64,000 nt of DNA, taken from the NCBI GenBank assembly GCA_016210205.1, contig JACQUO010000023.1, positions 153,711 through 217,710 of the forward strand, in the 5' to 3' direction. This document shows positions 1 through 9,130 of this stretch, one piece after another (positions within the stretch are counted from its first letter, which is position 1; every line of letters starts with the position of its first letter). The notes below the pieces were generated by a model. That model was not told the DNA's origin, ran no database searches, and worked only from the letters and a program-made list of their open reading frames with translations. A program made the translations under genes and the position numbers. The DNA is from Chloroflexota bacterium. GTDB taxonomy: Bacteria; Chloroflexota; Dehalococcoidia; JACQUO01.

Positions 1-1
1 C

Positions 2-610
2 ATCGCCGACCACCAGGTCCCCGACCACGCCAACCCCACTCGCGACATGCGAGCCTTCGTCTACTGTCTGGGGGGCATCTCCTTCATGGTCGCCATCCTG
101 CTGTTCACCACCGGGGTCTTACTGGCGGTCTACTATGTCCCGGCCCCGGAGCGTGCCTACGACAGCATCCAATACATTATGAACGGGGTAGCCTTCGGCC
201 CCCTGATTAGGGGCATCCACCACTGGGGGGCCAGCCTCCTCATCATCACCATGGTCCTCCACATGCTGCGGGTTTTCTTCCACGGCGCTTACAAAGATCC
301 CCGGCAACTCAACTGGGTGGCGGGGCTGCTCCTCCTGATGGCAGTGATGGGAATGGGCTTCACGGGCTATCTCCTGCCCTGGGATCAGAAAGCCTACTGG
401 GCCACCAATGTAGGTACCTTCATGGCAGCCACGGTCCCCTTCATTGGGGATTTCATAATGCGGGTCCTGCGGGGTGGCCCGGAGCTGGGGGCCATTACCC
501 TAATCCGCTTCTATGCCCTCCACGTGTTGGTGCTACCAGCCATCATAGGCCTTTTGCTGGCTTTCCATTTCCTGATGATACGCCGCCAGGGCATCTCCGG
601 CCCACTATGA
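2..610 (+). CDS. petB: Cytochrome b6 / cytochrome b N-terminal subunit of a Rieske-cytochrome b complex (5'-truncated by window edge)
   Basis: Frame is open from position 2 (IADHQVPDHANP...). Motifs YCLGG (heme ci Cys), RGIHHW, LHMLRVF, TGYLLPWDQ, RFYALH and C-terminal GISGPL are typical of split cytochrome b6. Confidence 0.93.
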   Translation: MADHQVPDHANPTRDMRAFVYCLGGISFMVAILLFTTGVLLAVYYVPAPERAYDSIQYIMNGVAFGPLIRGIHHWGASLLIITMVLHMLRVFFHGAYKDPRQLNWVAGLLLLMAVMGMGFTGYLLPWDQKAYWATNVGTFMAATVPFIGDFIMRVLRGGPELGAITLIRFYALHVLVLPAIIGLLLAFHFLMIRRQGISGPL

Positions 611-637
611 CTCGGGGCAATCCCCTTAAGATTAGGA

Positions 638-1666
638 GTGACAGGCATGATTGAGCCAGGCTCATTGGGGGCCAAAGAGACTAAGGCAACCCGCCAGCCA
701 GCAACCTTCTGGCCGGAGTTCATCTTCATCGAGGCGGTGGTGGCTCTGGCGGTAACCTTGGGGTTGCTAATAGGCGCCTCCTTGCTCTCTATACCGCACG
801 AGAGAATAGCCGACCCCATCGACTCTTCCTACATACCCAGGCCTGAATGGTATTTCTTGTTTCTCTTCGAGCTGCTTAAGTATTTCCCCGGCGAGTTGGA
901 GTGGGTCGGGGTGGCGGTCATCCCCACCATCGTGGTGCTCATCCTCCTGCTCCTGCCCTTTATCGACCGCAGCCCAGCGCGGAGGCCCACGGCCCGCCCT
1001 ATAGCTTCCAGCCTGGCTATCATCGGCCTGCTGGGCATCGTTTTCCTCACTTACCGGGCCCTAGCGGCCACGCCCCCCACGGTCACTTCTCACACGCTGC
1101 TGGTGGCCCAGGGCGAGAAGCTCTTCCAGGAGGCAGGCTGTCTCGGTTGCCACAGTCGGGGACCCATTATCGGGGGCAACTTCGGGGGAGACCTCGCCAA
1201 TGTGGGCAATCGCCGCACCCTGAGCTGGGTGCACCGCTTCATCGAGAACCCCGGCCGCATCGACCCCGACTCCAAGATGCCGGCGTTTCTGGGCCAGCTA
1301 AGCCATGAGCAGGTGGAGGCCATCTCCCTCTACCTGATGGAGCAACGCATCGGCCCCGCTACCGCCTCCGCCCCCGTCCCCGTAGCAACAGCACCAGCCA
1401 AGCCCGAGACCAGCGCAGGCGTGAAATCCCCCGCCGCAGAGCTGAGCATCGGGGAGACCTCCTTCAAGCAGAACTGCAACATGTGTCATCCCGGCGGCGG
1501 TGTGGGTGTCGGCCCCCCACTGAAGCAAGGGGCCTACAAGGGCACCCAGGCTGAATTCACCAAAATCATCCGCCAGGGCAAGGGGGCCATGCCACTCTTC
1601 CCCCCAACGCGCATCGACGATGGTGAGCTCCAGACCCTGTACCAATACATAAGCGCACTGCAATAG
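638..1666 (+). CDS. Cytochrome b6 subunit IV fused to two c-type cytochrome domains (QcrC-like)
   Basis: PEWY motif (PRPEWYFLF), 3 TM helices, CLGCH and CNMCH heme motifs each followed by a distal MP (KMPAF, AMPLF); directly after petB. Confidence 0.88.
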   Translation: MTGMIEPGSLGAKETKATRQPATFWPEFIFIEAVVALAVTLGLLIGASLLSIPHERIADPIDSSYIPRPEWYFLFLFELLKYFPGELEWVGVAVIPTIVVLILLLLPFIDRSPARRPTARPIASSLAIIGLLGIVFLTYRALAATPPTVTSHTLLVAQGEKLFQEAGCLGCHSRGPIIGGNFGGDLANVGNRRTLSWVHRFIENPGRIDPDSKMPAFLGQLSHEQVEAISLYLMEQRIGPATASAPVPVATAPAKPETSAGVKSPAAELSIGETSFKQNCNMCHPGGGVGVGPPLKQGAYKGTQAEFTKIIRQGKGAMPLFPPTRIDDGELQTLYQYISALQ

Positions 1667-1667
1667 G

Positions 1668-1722
1668 GAAAAAGAGATAGGGGGACCGCCCATAGCGGGT
1701 TGGCTCCTCCTATCTTTTCTTT
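1668..1722. terminator. Probable intrinsic terminator hairpin
   Basis: AAAAGAGATAGGGGGA ... TCCTCCTATCTTTT imperfect inverted repeat right after the stop codon. Confidence 0.55.
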
Positions 1723-1825
1723 ACCTGCCATCAGACCGGCTGCCTTCCCGGAGGAGCCAACCCTACATTCGGCCCTACGACAGGCGCTGCCGGCACGAGG
1801 TGGCGCTCGCCGCCTCTCACCAGGG

Positions 1826-1854
1826 TTGACAGGGCCGTCCCCGCCCTGTATTGT
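1826..1854 (+). promoter_or_regulatory. Sigma70-type promoter of the CoA-transferase operon with an inverted repeat in the spacer
   Basis: TTGACA-17 nt-TATTGT; ACAGGGC-N7-GCCCTGT palindrome at 1829-1849. Confidence 0.55.
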
Positions 1855-1943
1855 CAGAAAACCCTGTGCCCCATACCAGCGACTAACCTCACGGCGCAGA
1901 GCGTACCGGCATCTCTAAGGATAGTGGCGGAAGGAGGAGAGCG

Positions 1944-3170
1944 ATGGCGGAGACGAGAGACCACCCACAGGCCCTGGAGGACATCCGCGTCCTGGAGCTG
2001 GCCGATGAGAAGGGCCTATATTGCGGGAAGCTCCTAGCGGACATGGGCGCCCAAGTCATCAAGGTGGAGCGGCCCGGCGGTGACCCCACCCGTGACATCG
2101 GGCCATTCTACCAGGACCGACCTCACCGGGAGCGGAGCCTCTTCTTCTGGCACTACAACACCAGCAAGCAGGACGTCACCCTGAGCCTGGAGACCCCTGA
2201 GGGGCGCGGCCTCTTTCGCCGCCTGGCGGCGAAGACCGACATCATCATCGAGACTACGCTGCCGGGCAGCCTGGAGGCCCTGGGCCTGGGGTATGATTCC
2301 CTGGCAGCAGATAACCCGGGCCTCATCATGACCTCCATCACCAGCTTCGGCCCTCAGGGGCCTTACTCCCAGTATAAGGCCCCGGACATCGTGGGGGTGG
2401 CCATGGGGGGAATGATGACGGTCTGCGGGGAGCCGGAGACGCCACCCGTCCAGCCCTACGGGGGCCAAGCATATCACGCTGTGTCCTGCCAGGCGGCCAT
2501 CGGCGCTCTCATCGCCCTCTACGCCCGTGGGCTCACCGGGCGGGGGCAGCATGTCCAGGCCTCCATGCAGGCGGCGGTGGCCTTCTCCACGGAGTTCACC
2601 AACCTCTGGTGGATATACCAGAAGCTCAACCTCAAGCGCCACGGCAGCCGCCACGGGGCTTCTGGGCCCGGCCCCGTGGGCAACATCTGCCATACTAAGG
2701 ACGGCTATATTTGCATCATGGGGGGCAACCCACCCCTGGATTGGATGGAGCGGGAGGGCCTGGCAGGAGACCTCAAGGGCCACCCCTACTGGTCCAACCC
2801 GGCCCTACGGCGGGACCCCCAGGTCTCCCTGCATGTCTTTGGTCTCACCGACGCCTGGACGCGCACCCACTCCAAGATGAAACTTTTCCACGCCTGCCAG
2901 GCCCAGCAGATAAACTGGGCCCCGGTCTATTCCCTGGAGGAAGTCCACGCCGACCCCCATATCCAGGCCCGGGATTTCTTCGTGGAGATAGAGCACCCGG
3001 AGCTGGGCGCCCGCTTCGAGTACCCCGGCGCCCCCTACAAGTTCGGTGAGACCCCCTGGAGCATCCGCCGGCGTGCCCCCCTGGTGGGGGAGGACAACTC
3101 AGAGGTCTATGGGGCCTTGGGCCTCTCTAAAGAGGAGCTGGCCCTGCTGGCCCAGGCCGGGGTCATATAG
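1944..3170 (+). CDS. Class III (CaiB/BaiF) CoA-transferase, BbsE-like non-catalytic subunit
   Basis: LEDIRVLEL, DMGAQVIKVERPGGD, RAPLVGEDN; catalytic Asp position reads QAY; RBS GGAGGAG. Confidence 0.9.
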   Translation: MAETRDHPQALEDIRVLELADEKGLYCGKLLADMGAQVIKVERPGGDPTRDIGPFYQDRPHRERSLFFWHYNTSKQDVTLSLETPEGRGLFRRLAAKTDIIIETTLPGSLEALGLGYDSLAADNPGLIMTSITSFGPQGPYSQYKAPDIVGVAMGGMMTVCGEPETPPVQPYGGQAYHAVSCQAAIGALIALYARGLTGRGQHVQASMQAAVAFSTEFTNLWWIYQKLNLKRHGSRHGASGPGPVGNICHTKDGYICIMGGNPPLDWMEREGLAGDLKGHPYWSNPALRRDPQVSLHVFGLTDAWTRTHSKMKLFHACQAQQINWAPVYSLEEVHADPHIQARDFFVEIEHPELGARFEYPGAPYKFGETPWSIRRRAPLVGEDNSEVYGALGLSKEELALLAQAGVI

Positions 3171-3182
3171 AGGGAGGGGGAG

Positions 3183-4397
3183 ATGGAAGGAGCACTGGCG
3201 GGGCTACGGGTGCTGGACTTCACCTGGGTGCTGGCCGGGCCATCGTCCACCAGGTTCCTGGCTGACCACGGGGCGCAAATCATCAAGGTGGAGCAGCGGG
3301 GCACGGGTGACCGTGTGCGCCAAGCCGTCCTGGCCGACGCCAAGCCGGGGGTTAACCGGGGCGGCTATTTCAACTGCATCAACCGGGGCAAGCTCAGCAT
3401 CACTTTGAACATGGGAGACCCCCGTGCCCAGGGGCTGGTGCGGCGGCTGGTGCCCCTGTGCGACATCGTGGTGGACAACTTCCGCCCCGGCATCATGGAG
3501 CGCTGGGGGCTGGACTACGAGAACCTGAGGAGGCTGAGGCCCGACATCATCGCCTTGAGCCTCTCGGGCATGGGGCGCACGGGGCCTTACGCCGGCTACG
3601 GCAGCTTTGGGCCCAACCTCCAGGCCCTCTCCGGCATCACCTACCTCACCGGCTTCCCTTGGCGCGACCCCGTGGGCTTCGGCTACTCCTACTCCGACTA
3701 CACCGGAGGCTGGGCCGGGGCATTGGCCATGCTCCAGGCCCTCCACTACCGCCGGCGGACGGGCCAGGGGCAGTTCGTGGACTTGTCGCAACTGGAGGCG
3801 CTGCTCCCCATGCTGGGGGTGGGCCTGATGGACCTCACCGTCAACGGCCGCCAGGCCACCCGCGCGGGCAACCGCTTGCCGGGCCAGCCCGCCGCCCCCC
3901 ACGGGGCCTATCGCTGCCGGGGGGATGACCAGTGGTGCGTCATCGCCGTCTTCACTCCCGCCGAGTGGGAGGCCTTCTGCCGCGCCCTGGGCAATCCCCC
4001 CTGGGCCGTCGACCCCAAGTTTGCCAGTGTCACCGCGCGAGTCCAGCATCAGGACGAGCTGGACAGGCTGGTGGAGGAGTGGACAGGCCAGCGGACGCCC
4101 GACCAGGTCATGGAGCATCTCCAGTCCCACGGCGTGGCGGCGGCGGCGGTGCGCGAGGCCCCCGACCTCATCGACCGCGACCCGCAACTGCGGGAGTTCG
4201 GCTTCTGGGTGGAAGCTGACCATCCGGAGCTGGGCCGCCGCCTCTACGAGGGGATGCCCTTCAAGCTGTCGGAGACGCCGGGGGCGGTGCGCCGCGGCTC
4301 GCCCCTCTTAGGGGAGCACAACGACCTGGTCTTCGGCGAGCTCCTGGGATTGAGCCCGGAGGAGATAGCGGGTCTGAAGAAGGCCGAAGTCATCTGA
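3183..4397 (+). CDS. Class III CoA-transferase, BbsF-like catalytic subunit
   Basis: RVLDFTWVLAGP, NRGKLSITLN, DNFRPG, catalytic Asp in YSYSDYTGG, PLLGEHN. Confidence 0.92.
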   Translation: MEGALAGLRVLDFTWVLAGPSSTRFLADHGAQIIKVEQRGTGDRVRQAVLADAKPGVNRGGYFNCINRGKLSITLNMGDPRAQGLVRRLVPLCDIVVDNFRPGIMERWGLDYENLRRLRPDIIALSLSGMGRTGPYAGYGSFGPNLQALSGITYLTGFPWRDPVGFGYSYSDYTGGWAGALAMLQALHYRRRTGQGQFVDLSQLEALLPMLGVGLMDLTVNGRQATRAGNRLPGQPAAPHGAYRCRGDDQWCVIAVFTPAEWEAFCRALGNPPWAVDPKFASVTARVQHQDELDRLVEEWTGQRTPDQVMEHLQSHGVAAAAVREAPDLIDRDPQLREFGFWVEADHPELGRRLYEGMPFKLSETPGAVRRGSPLLGEHNDLVFGELLGLSPEEIAGLKKAEVI

Positions 4398-4419
4398 TTA
4401 TTTCCTGAGGAGGCAGCGC

Positions 4420-5691
4420 ATGCCAGACTATTCCCGCACCGATACCCTGCTGGGCCCCTACCGCGTCCTGGACCTCACCAGCGAGCTGGGCCTCATGTGC
4501 GGCAAGATGCTGGGGGACCTGGGGGCCGATGTCATCAAGCTCGAGCGCCCCGGAGGCGACCCGGCCCGCAATCGCGGCCCCTTCTATAAAGACCAGGTGC
4601 ACCCTGAAAAGAGCCTCTTCTGGTTCGCCCACAATGTGAACAAGCGGGGTCTCACCCTGAACATTCGCTGCGCCGACGGCCAGGAGCTATTAAAGCGGCT
4701 GGTGACCACCGCGGACTTCCTCATCGAAAGCTACGCGCCGGGCTTTCTGGAATCCCTGGGCCTGGACTACGAGGACCTGAGCCAGATTAACCCCCGTCTG
4801 GTGATGGTCTCCATCACCCCCTTCGGCCGCACGGGGCCCAAGGCCCGCCACAAGATGAGCGAGCTCACCATGTGGGCCAGCGGCGGGGAGATGTATCTCA
4901 CCGGCGACCCCGACCGAGCGCCCCTGTGGATAAGCCTGCCCCAAGCCGGACTGCAAGGCTCCCTGGAGGCCCTGGCCGGGGCCATGGTGGCCCACTGGCA
5001 TCGGGAGAACACCGGCGAGGGCCAGCATGTGGATGTCTCCATCCAGGAGGCTGTCATCTGGCAGCTCATGGGCACCCCCATCGGCCTCTGGGCCTGCCAC
5101 GGGGAGAACCAACAGCGCCGCGGCACCATGCAGGTGCAACCCAAAGCCACCTACCCCGGGGCCGGCCAGTGCAAAGACGGCTTCTTCACCGGCGGCATCC
5201 TCGGCGGCGGCGCTTCCCTCCACACCGTGAGGACGCAGCAGGGTCTGGTGTCCTGGATGGACGCGGAGGGCAGGGCCACCCCGGAGCTCAAGGGCTACGA
5301 CTGGCGCCGCTTCGACGGCCGCTCCGTCACCCAGGAGGAGGCGGACCGGCTGGCCAAACCCATCCTGGACTTCTACAAGACCAAGACCGTACGCCAAATC
5401 CACGAGGAGGGCGTGGTGCAGCGCCGCATGACCACGGCGGCCTTCTACACCGCCAAGGATGTCTTGGCGGACCCCCAGCTCCAGGCCCGAGACTACTGGG
5501 TCAAGCTGGAGCACCCCGAGCTGGGGGAGTCCCTCACCTACCCGGGTGCCTACGCCAAGATGAGTGAGACGCCCCTCAAGTTCCGGCGCCGCGCCCCCCT
5601 CATCGGCGAGCACAACGACGAGCTCTACCGGGGGGAGCTGGGACTGAGCGCCTCGGAGCTGGCCCTGCTCAAGGGGCGGCGGGTCATCTAA
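4420..5691 (+). CDS. Class III CoA-transferase, BbsE-like non-catalytic subunit
   Basis: YRVLDLT, DLGADVIKLERPGGD, RAPLIGEHN; catalytic Asp position reads QAG. Confidence 0.9.
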   Translation: MPDYSRTDTLLGPYRVLDLTSELGLMCGKMLGDLGADVIKLERPGGDPARNRGPFYKDQVHPEKSLFWFAHNVNKRGLTLNIRCADGQELLKRLVTTADFLIESYAPGFLESLGLDYEDLSQINPRLVMVSITPFGRTGPKARHKMSELTMWASGGEMYLTGDPDRAPLWISLPQAGLQGSLEALAGAMVAHWHRENTGEGQHVDVSIQEAVIWQLMGTPIGLWACHGENQQRRGTMQVQPKATYPGAGQCKDGFFTGGILGGGASLHTVRTQQGLVSWMDAEGRATPELKGYDWRRFDGRSVTQEEADRLAKPILDFYKTKTVRQIHEEGVVQRRMTTAAFYTAKDVLADPQLQARDYWVKLEHPELGESLTYPGAYAKMSETPLKFRRRAPLIGEHNDELYRGELGLSASELALLKGRRVI

Positions 5692-5730
5692 ACCAAGACT
5701 TCCCACACATATCGGGAGAGGGAGAGGACT

Positions 5731-6966
5731 GTGGCGAAAAAAGCCTTTGAAGGGATAAAGTGCCTGGACTTCGGCTGGATAGGGGTGGGGCCGGTGCCCC
5801 TGCGGCTCATGGGGGACCACGGAGCTACGGTGGTGCGCCTGGAGTCCCATACCGCCCCGGAGACCGCCCGCAACTCGCGCCCCTACATCGGGAACACAGC
5901 CCATGTGGACCGGGCCTACTGGTTCGCCGACTGGAATAGCAGTAAGCTCGGCCTCAGCATCGACCTGAGTAAGCCCCGAGGCAAGGAGATTGCCTGGAAG
6001 CTCATCCGCTGGGCCGACATCATCACCGAGGGCATGACCACCAAGACCATGCGCAACTGGGGCATGGACTACGAGAGCGTGCGGAAGGTGCGCCCGGACA
6101 TCATCTATCTGAGCACCACGGTAAAGGGGCAGACGGGTCCCCACCACTCCGCCGCAGGCCATGGGACGCTCATTGCCGCCCTGGCAGGCATCTCATCTCT
6201 GGTGGGCTGGCCGGACCGCTACCCCTTAAGCCAGTGGGGCGCCTATACCGATATGCCCAACTGGCGCCTGGCCTCGGCGGCCATCCTGGCGGCCCTGGAC
6301 TACCGTCGCCGTACCGGTAAGGGGCAGTTCATCGACTACTCCCAGTTCGAGGGCGCCCTCCACCTGGTGGCGCCCACCTTCCTGGAATACGCTGTCAATG
6401 GCAGGCTCATGGAGCGCAACGGCAACCGCTGGGCCTACGCCGTCCCCCACGGCGCCTTCCCCTGCCAAGGGGACAACCGCTGGGTGGCCCTATCCGTCGG
6501 CACCGACAAAGAATGGCATTCCTTATGTCAAGCCATGGGCGACCCGGCTTTGGCCCAGGACTCCCGTTTTGCCACCTTCATGGCCCGCAAGCGCCACGAG
6601 GATGAACTGGAGCGCATAGTCGCGGGGTGGACTAAGCAACATACTACCGACGAGGTGGTGGCCAGTCTCCAGACAGCAGGGGTAGCCTCCAGCGTGGTGG
6701 AGAGCGTAAAAGACCTCTTTGAAGACGACCAACTCCAGCACCGGCGGCATTTCCGCTGGCTCCTGCATGCCACCGGGGAGAAGGTACCCCACGAGGCCTG
6801 GGGCTTCCAACTCTCCAAGACGCCAGACACCATGTTCGCCGCCCCCGCCATGGGCCAGCACAACGAGTACGTGCTGAAGGAAATCCTGGGCTACGCCGAT
6901 GAGGACATCGCCCAACTTCTCATGGATAAAGTCGTCACCACCGAGGACGACCTGCCCAAGGCCTGA
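5731..6966 (+). CDS. Class III CoA-transferase, BbsF-like catalytic subunit
   Basis: LDFGWIGVGP, DHGATVVRLES, catalytic Asp in GAYTD, APAMGQHN; GTG start after GAGG. Confidence 0.9.
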   Translation: MAKKAFEGIKCLDFGWIGVGPVPLRLMGDHGATVVRLESHTAPETARNSRPYIGNTAHVDRAYWFADWNSSKLGLSIDLSKPRGKEIAWKLIRWADIITEGMTTKTMRNWGMDYESVRKVRPDIIYLSTTVKGQTGPHHSAAGHGTLIAALAGISSLVGWPDRYPLSQWGAYTDMPNWRLASAAILAALDYRRRTGKGQFIDYSQFEGALHLVAPTFLEYAVNGRLMERNGNRWAYAVPHGAFPCQGDNRWVALSVGTDKEWHSLCQAMGDPALAQDSRFATFMARKRHEDELERIVAGWTKQHTTDEVVASLQTAGVASSVVESVKDLFEDDQLQHRRHFRWLLHATGEKVPHEAWGFQLSKTPDTMFAAPAMGQHNEYVLKEILGYADEDIAQLLMDKVVTTEDDLPKA

Positions 6967-7011
6967 TGACACTCTCGGGCTAATGGCTACAGCCAAGCGA
7001 CCATTGCTCCG

Positions 7012-7821
7012 TTAGGGGGCTCGCGGCGGCTTGGTCTTTCCCGAAAGGATGGCCGCCACCTGGTCCCGATGGGCTATCTCCCAGACCGCGCCGTCCTTGA
7101 CCAGGTACTTCCAGGTCAGCCTGGGCGTCTGGGCCAAGTCGGCGGGGGTGGTGGAGAGCAGGGTCTCCTCGTCCGCCTCTGCCTCCACTTCGGGGTTGAA
7201 GATTACCTCCTCCAGGCTGGCCTCGGCTAACTTTCCCCCGTCCTTGAGATAACCCCTCACCCCTTCGTAATAGGCCCACTGGACGAAGCCGCTGCAGATA
7301 TAGGAGTCCACCCGCAGGGCCCGGGCCAGTCGGGGTCGCCGCACCCGGCGCAGCCCCTCGGGCTTGAAGCGCAGGAAGCCATAGACAAACCCCAGGACGA
7401 ACTGCCGCATAAGCCAGCGGCCGAGGGTGAGTATCATCCCGTAGTCGTATTTGGCATCAATCTCCTGGAGAGCCAGGCCACGAATATAGCGCTGCAGGTC
7501 TTCCTGAAACCAGGGGGCCTCCAGGCTGAGCACCGCCACATCGGTCCTCCGGCCCGAGCCCAGGAAACGGGAGATGTTGTGGATGTCGATACCCTCGCCG
7601 CCCGACTCAATGATGAAGGTTTGCTGATAGCCTTTGTCCGTGTCCCGCAGCACATAGACCAGCGCGGCGTGGTTCCAGTATGACTTGGTTCCGAAGCGGA
7701 TAAGCCGCCCGATAAGGCTGCCCTTGGAGTGGGTCAGGAGGATATCCACCCTTTTCAAGCGCCCCTCTTCCACCAGAGCCCTCATAGCATCGCGGGACAG
7801 AAAAGCCGCCTCCCTGGCCAT
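7012..7821 (-). CDS. Permuted papain-like NlpC/P60 enzyme (YiiX/YebB/DUF830-like)
   Basis: DILLT...IRFGTKSYWNHAAL (His) precedes YICSGFV..AY (Cys); YDY and TPADL motifs; start set at ATG 7821 with GGAGGT RBS. Confidence 0.75.
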   Translation of the reverse strand: MAREAAFLSRDAMRALVEEGRLKRVDILLTHSKGSLIGRLIRFGTKSYWNHAALVYVLRDTDKGYQQTFIIESGGEGIDIHNISRFLGSGRRTDVAVLSLEAPWFQEDLQRYIRGLALQEIDAKYDYGMILTLGRWLMRQFVLGFVYGFLRFKPEGLRRVRRPRLARALRVDSYICSGFVQWAYYEGVRGYLKDGGKLAEASLEEVIFNPEVEAEADEETLLSTTPADLAQTPRLTWKYLVKDGAVWEIAHRDQVAAILSGKTKPPRAP

Positions 7822-8044
7822 GGAAACACCTCCCGACGGAAGTCCCCCCAGTCTAGCAGGCCAGCTTGAAGGGGACAACCTCCGCTGTCCTGCTAGCCGC
7901 CCGCACTTGGGCGGCCCCTGATGACCAAGGTGTGCTGGCCTAACTGCCCCGCATTCTAGCCCCCCGGCCGTTGACAAAGCTGACCGCCGAGCCATAAACT
8001 AGGTTTGGCCCCACAGGTTAGTTCACTCCCTCAGGAGGCAACCC

Positions 8045-8830
8045 TTGGAAATCATCGCCACCAACCTCAACTTCCGCAGCCGCAAGCTGGCCACCGCCGC
8101 CAAAGAGGGCCACGTCGAGGCGCTCCAGCAGCTGGCGCGGGACTGCGCCGCCGCCGGCGCCCACCGCCTGGCCATCATCCCCCAGCCCGGCCAGCACAAC
8201 GTGGTTGACCTCATGAGGTTTGCCATCGACGCTGTCCAGAAAGCCGTCGACCTGCCCCTAGCCCTTTGCTGTGACGACCCCAAGGCTCTTCAGGCCGCAC
8301 TCAAGGCCTGCAAGCGCCCACCTCTCATCAACTATATCTCCTTCGAGCAGGAGAGGCTGGACATCCTGCCCATGGCCGCGGCCGCCCGCGCCGAGGTGAC
8401 CCTGCTGGCGGTGCAAAAGGGCATCCCCGACGATGTGGACGAATCCTTACACCTGGCCTCGGTCCTGGTGGGGGCGGCGGCGGAGGCCGGCATACCGCAC
8501 GAGCGCATGTATTTGGACCCCATGGCGGTGCATGTCACCGCTGATGTAGGGCAGCACCATGCTCAGACTGTGCTCGAGTTCTTCCGCGCTCTGCCCGACG
8601 CCTTCGACCCGCCCGTGAAAGGCGTTTGCTGGCTCTCCAACATCTCCGCGGGCGCCCCGCGTCAGGTGCGCCCCGCCATCAACAGCGTGTTTCTGGCCAT
8701 GCTGGCAGGGTTGGGAGTTTCCACCGTCTACATGGATGTCCTGGACCGGGAGACCATGCGCTCCCTCCGGGTTATCCGCGTCCTCCAGAACGACCTGCTG
8801 TACTCCGACGCCGAGGCGCATATACGGTGA
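8045..8830 (+). CDS. Pterin-binding TIM-barrel protein, AcsE (methyltetrahydrofolate:corrinoid methyltransferase)-like, divergent
   Basis: Colinear with the AcsE fold: PLIN, GIP, YLDP, LSNIS, IN..FLAM; TTG start after AGGAGG. Confidence 0.75.
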   Translation: MEIIATNLNFRSRKLATAAKEGHVEALQQLARDCAAAGAHRLAIIPQPGQHNVVDLMRFAIDAVQKAVDLPLALCCDDPKALQAALKACKRPPLINYISFEQERLDILPMAAAARAEVTLLAVQKGIPDDVDESLHLASVLVGAAAEAGIPHERMYLDPMAVHVTADVGQHHAQTVLEFFRALPDAFDPPVKGVCWLSNISAGAPRQVRPAINSVFLAMLAGLGVSTVYMDVLDRETMRSLRVIRVLQNDLLYSDAEAHIR

Positions 8831-8871
8831 TTACCCCGCCATAGCGTTTCCGCCTTTTCTCGCGGGGTAAT
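8830..8871. terminator. Hairpin after acsE-like gene
   Basis: ATTACCCCGC ... GCGGGGTAAT 10-bp perfect stem; weak U-tract. Confidence 0.45.
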
Positions 8872-9063
8872 TGCAGACCCTGGTTTCGCCGCCGCCAGCC
8901 GCCCGGGACACTGAACCCTGTGGGCCTTCTCCCACTCCCTTTACTTGAGAGGAAACCGCAGGTGCCACGTCCTCGCTCTTCGCGAGCAAGAGCTTTTATT
9001 TCCACCAGAATGTCATCGATAATCACACTTTGAAAGAACTAAAAAAATTCCTTCAAAATTATC

Positions 9064-9092
9064 TTGCCAAAAGTCTTTTCATGTGTTATTAT
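9064..9092 (+). promoter_or_regulatory. Sigma70-type promoter
   Basis: TTGCCA-17 nt-TATTAT with TG extension and an AT-rich upstream element. Confidence 0.6.
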
Positions 9093-9130
9093 GCTGACTC
9101 GTGACGGAATAGAACTCTCGGAGGGGCCCT

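Noticed and set aside
7915-7945. CTGATGA as hammerhead or fluoride riboswitch core
   Set aside because: No GAAA partner or stem II, and no GGNGATG..GTTC.CC 5' element
8990-9007. TCCACCA as a tmRNA/tRNA 3' end
   Set aside because: No T-arm (GTTCGA) or matching acceptor 5' strand
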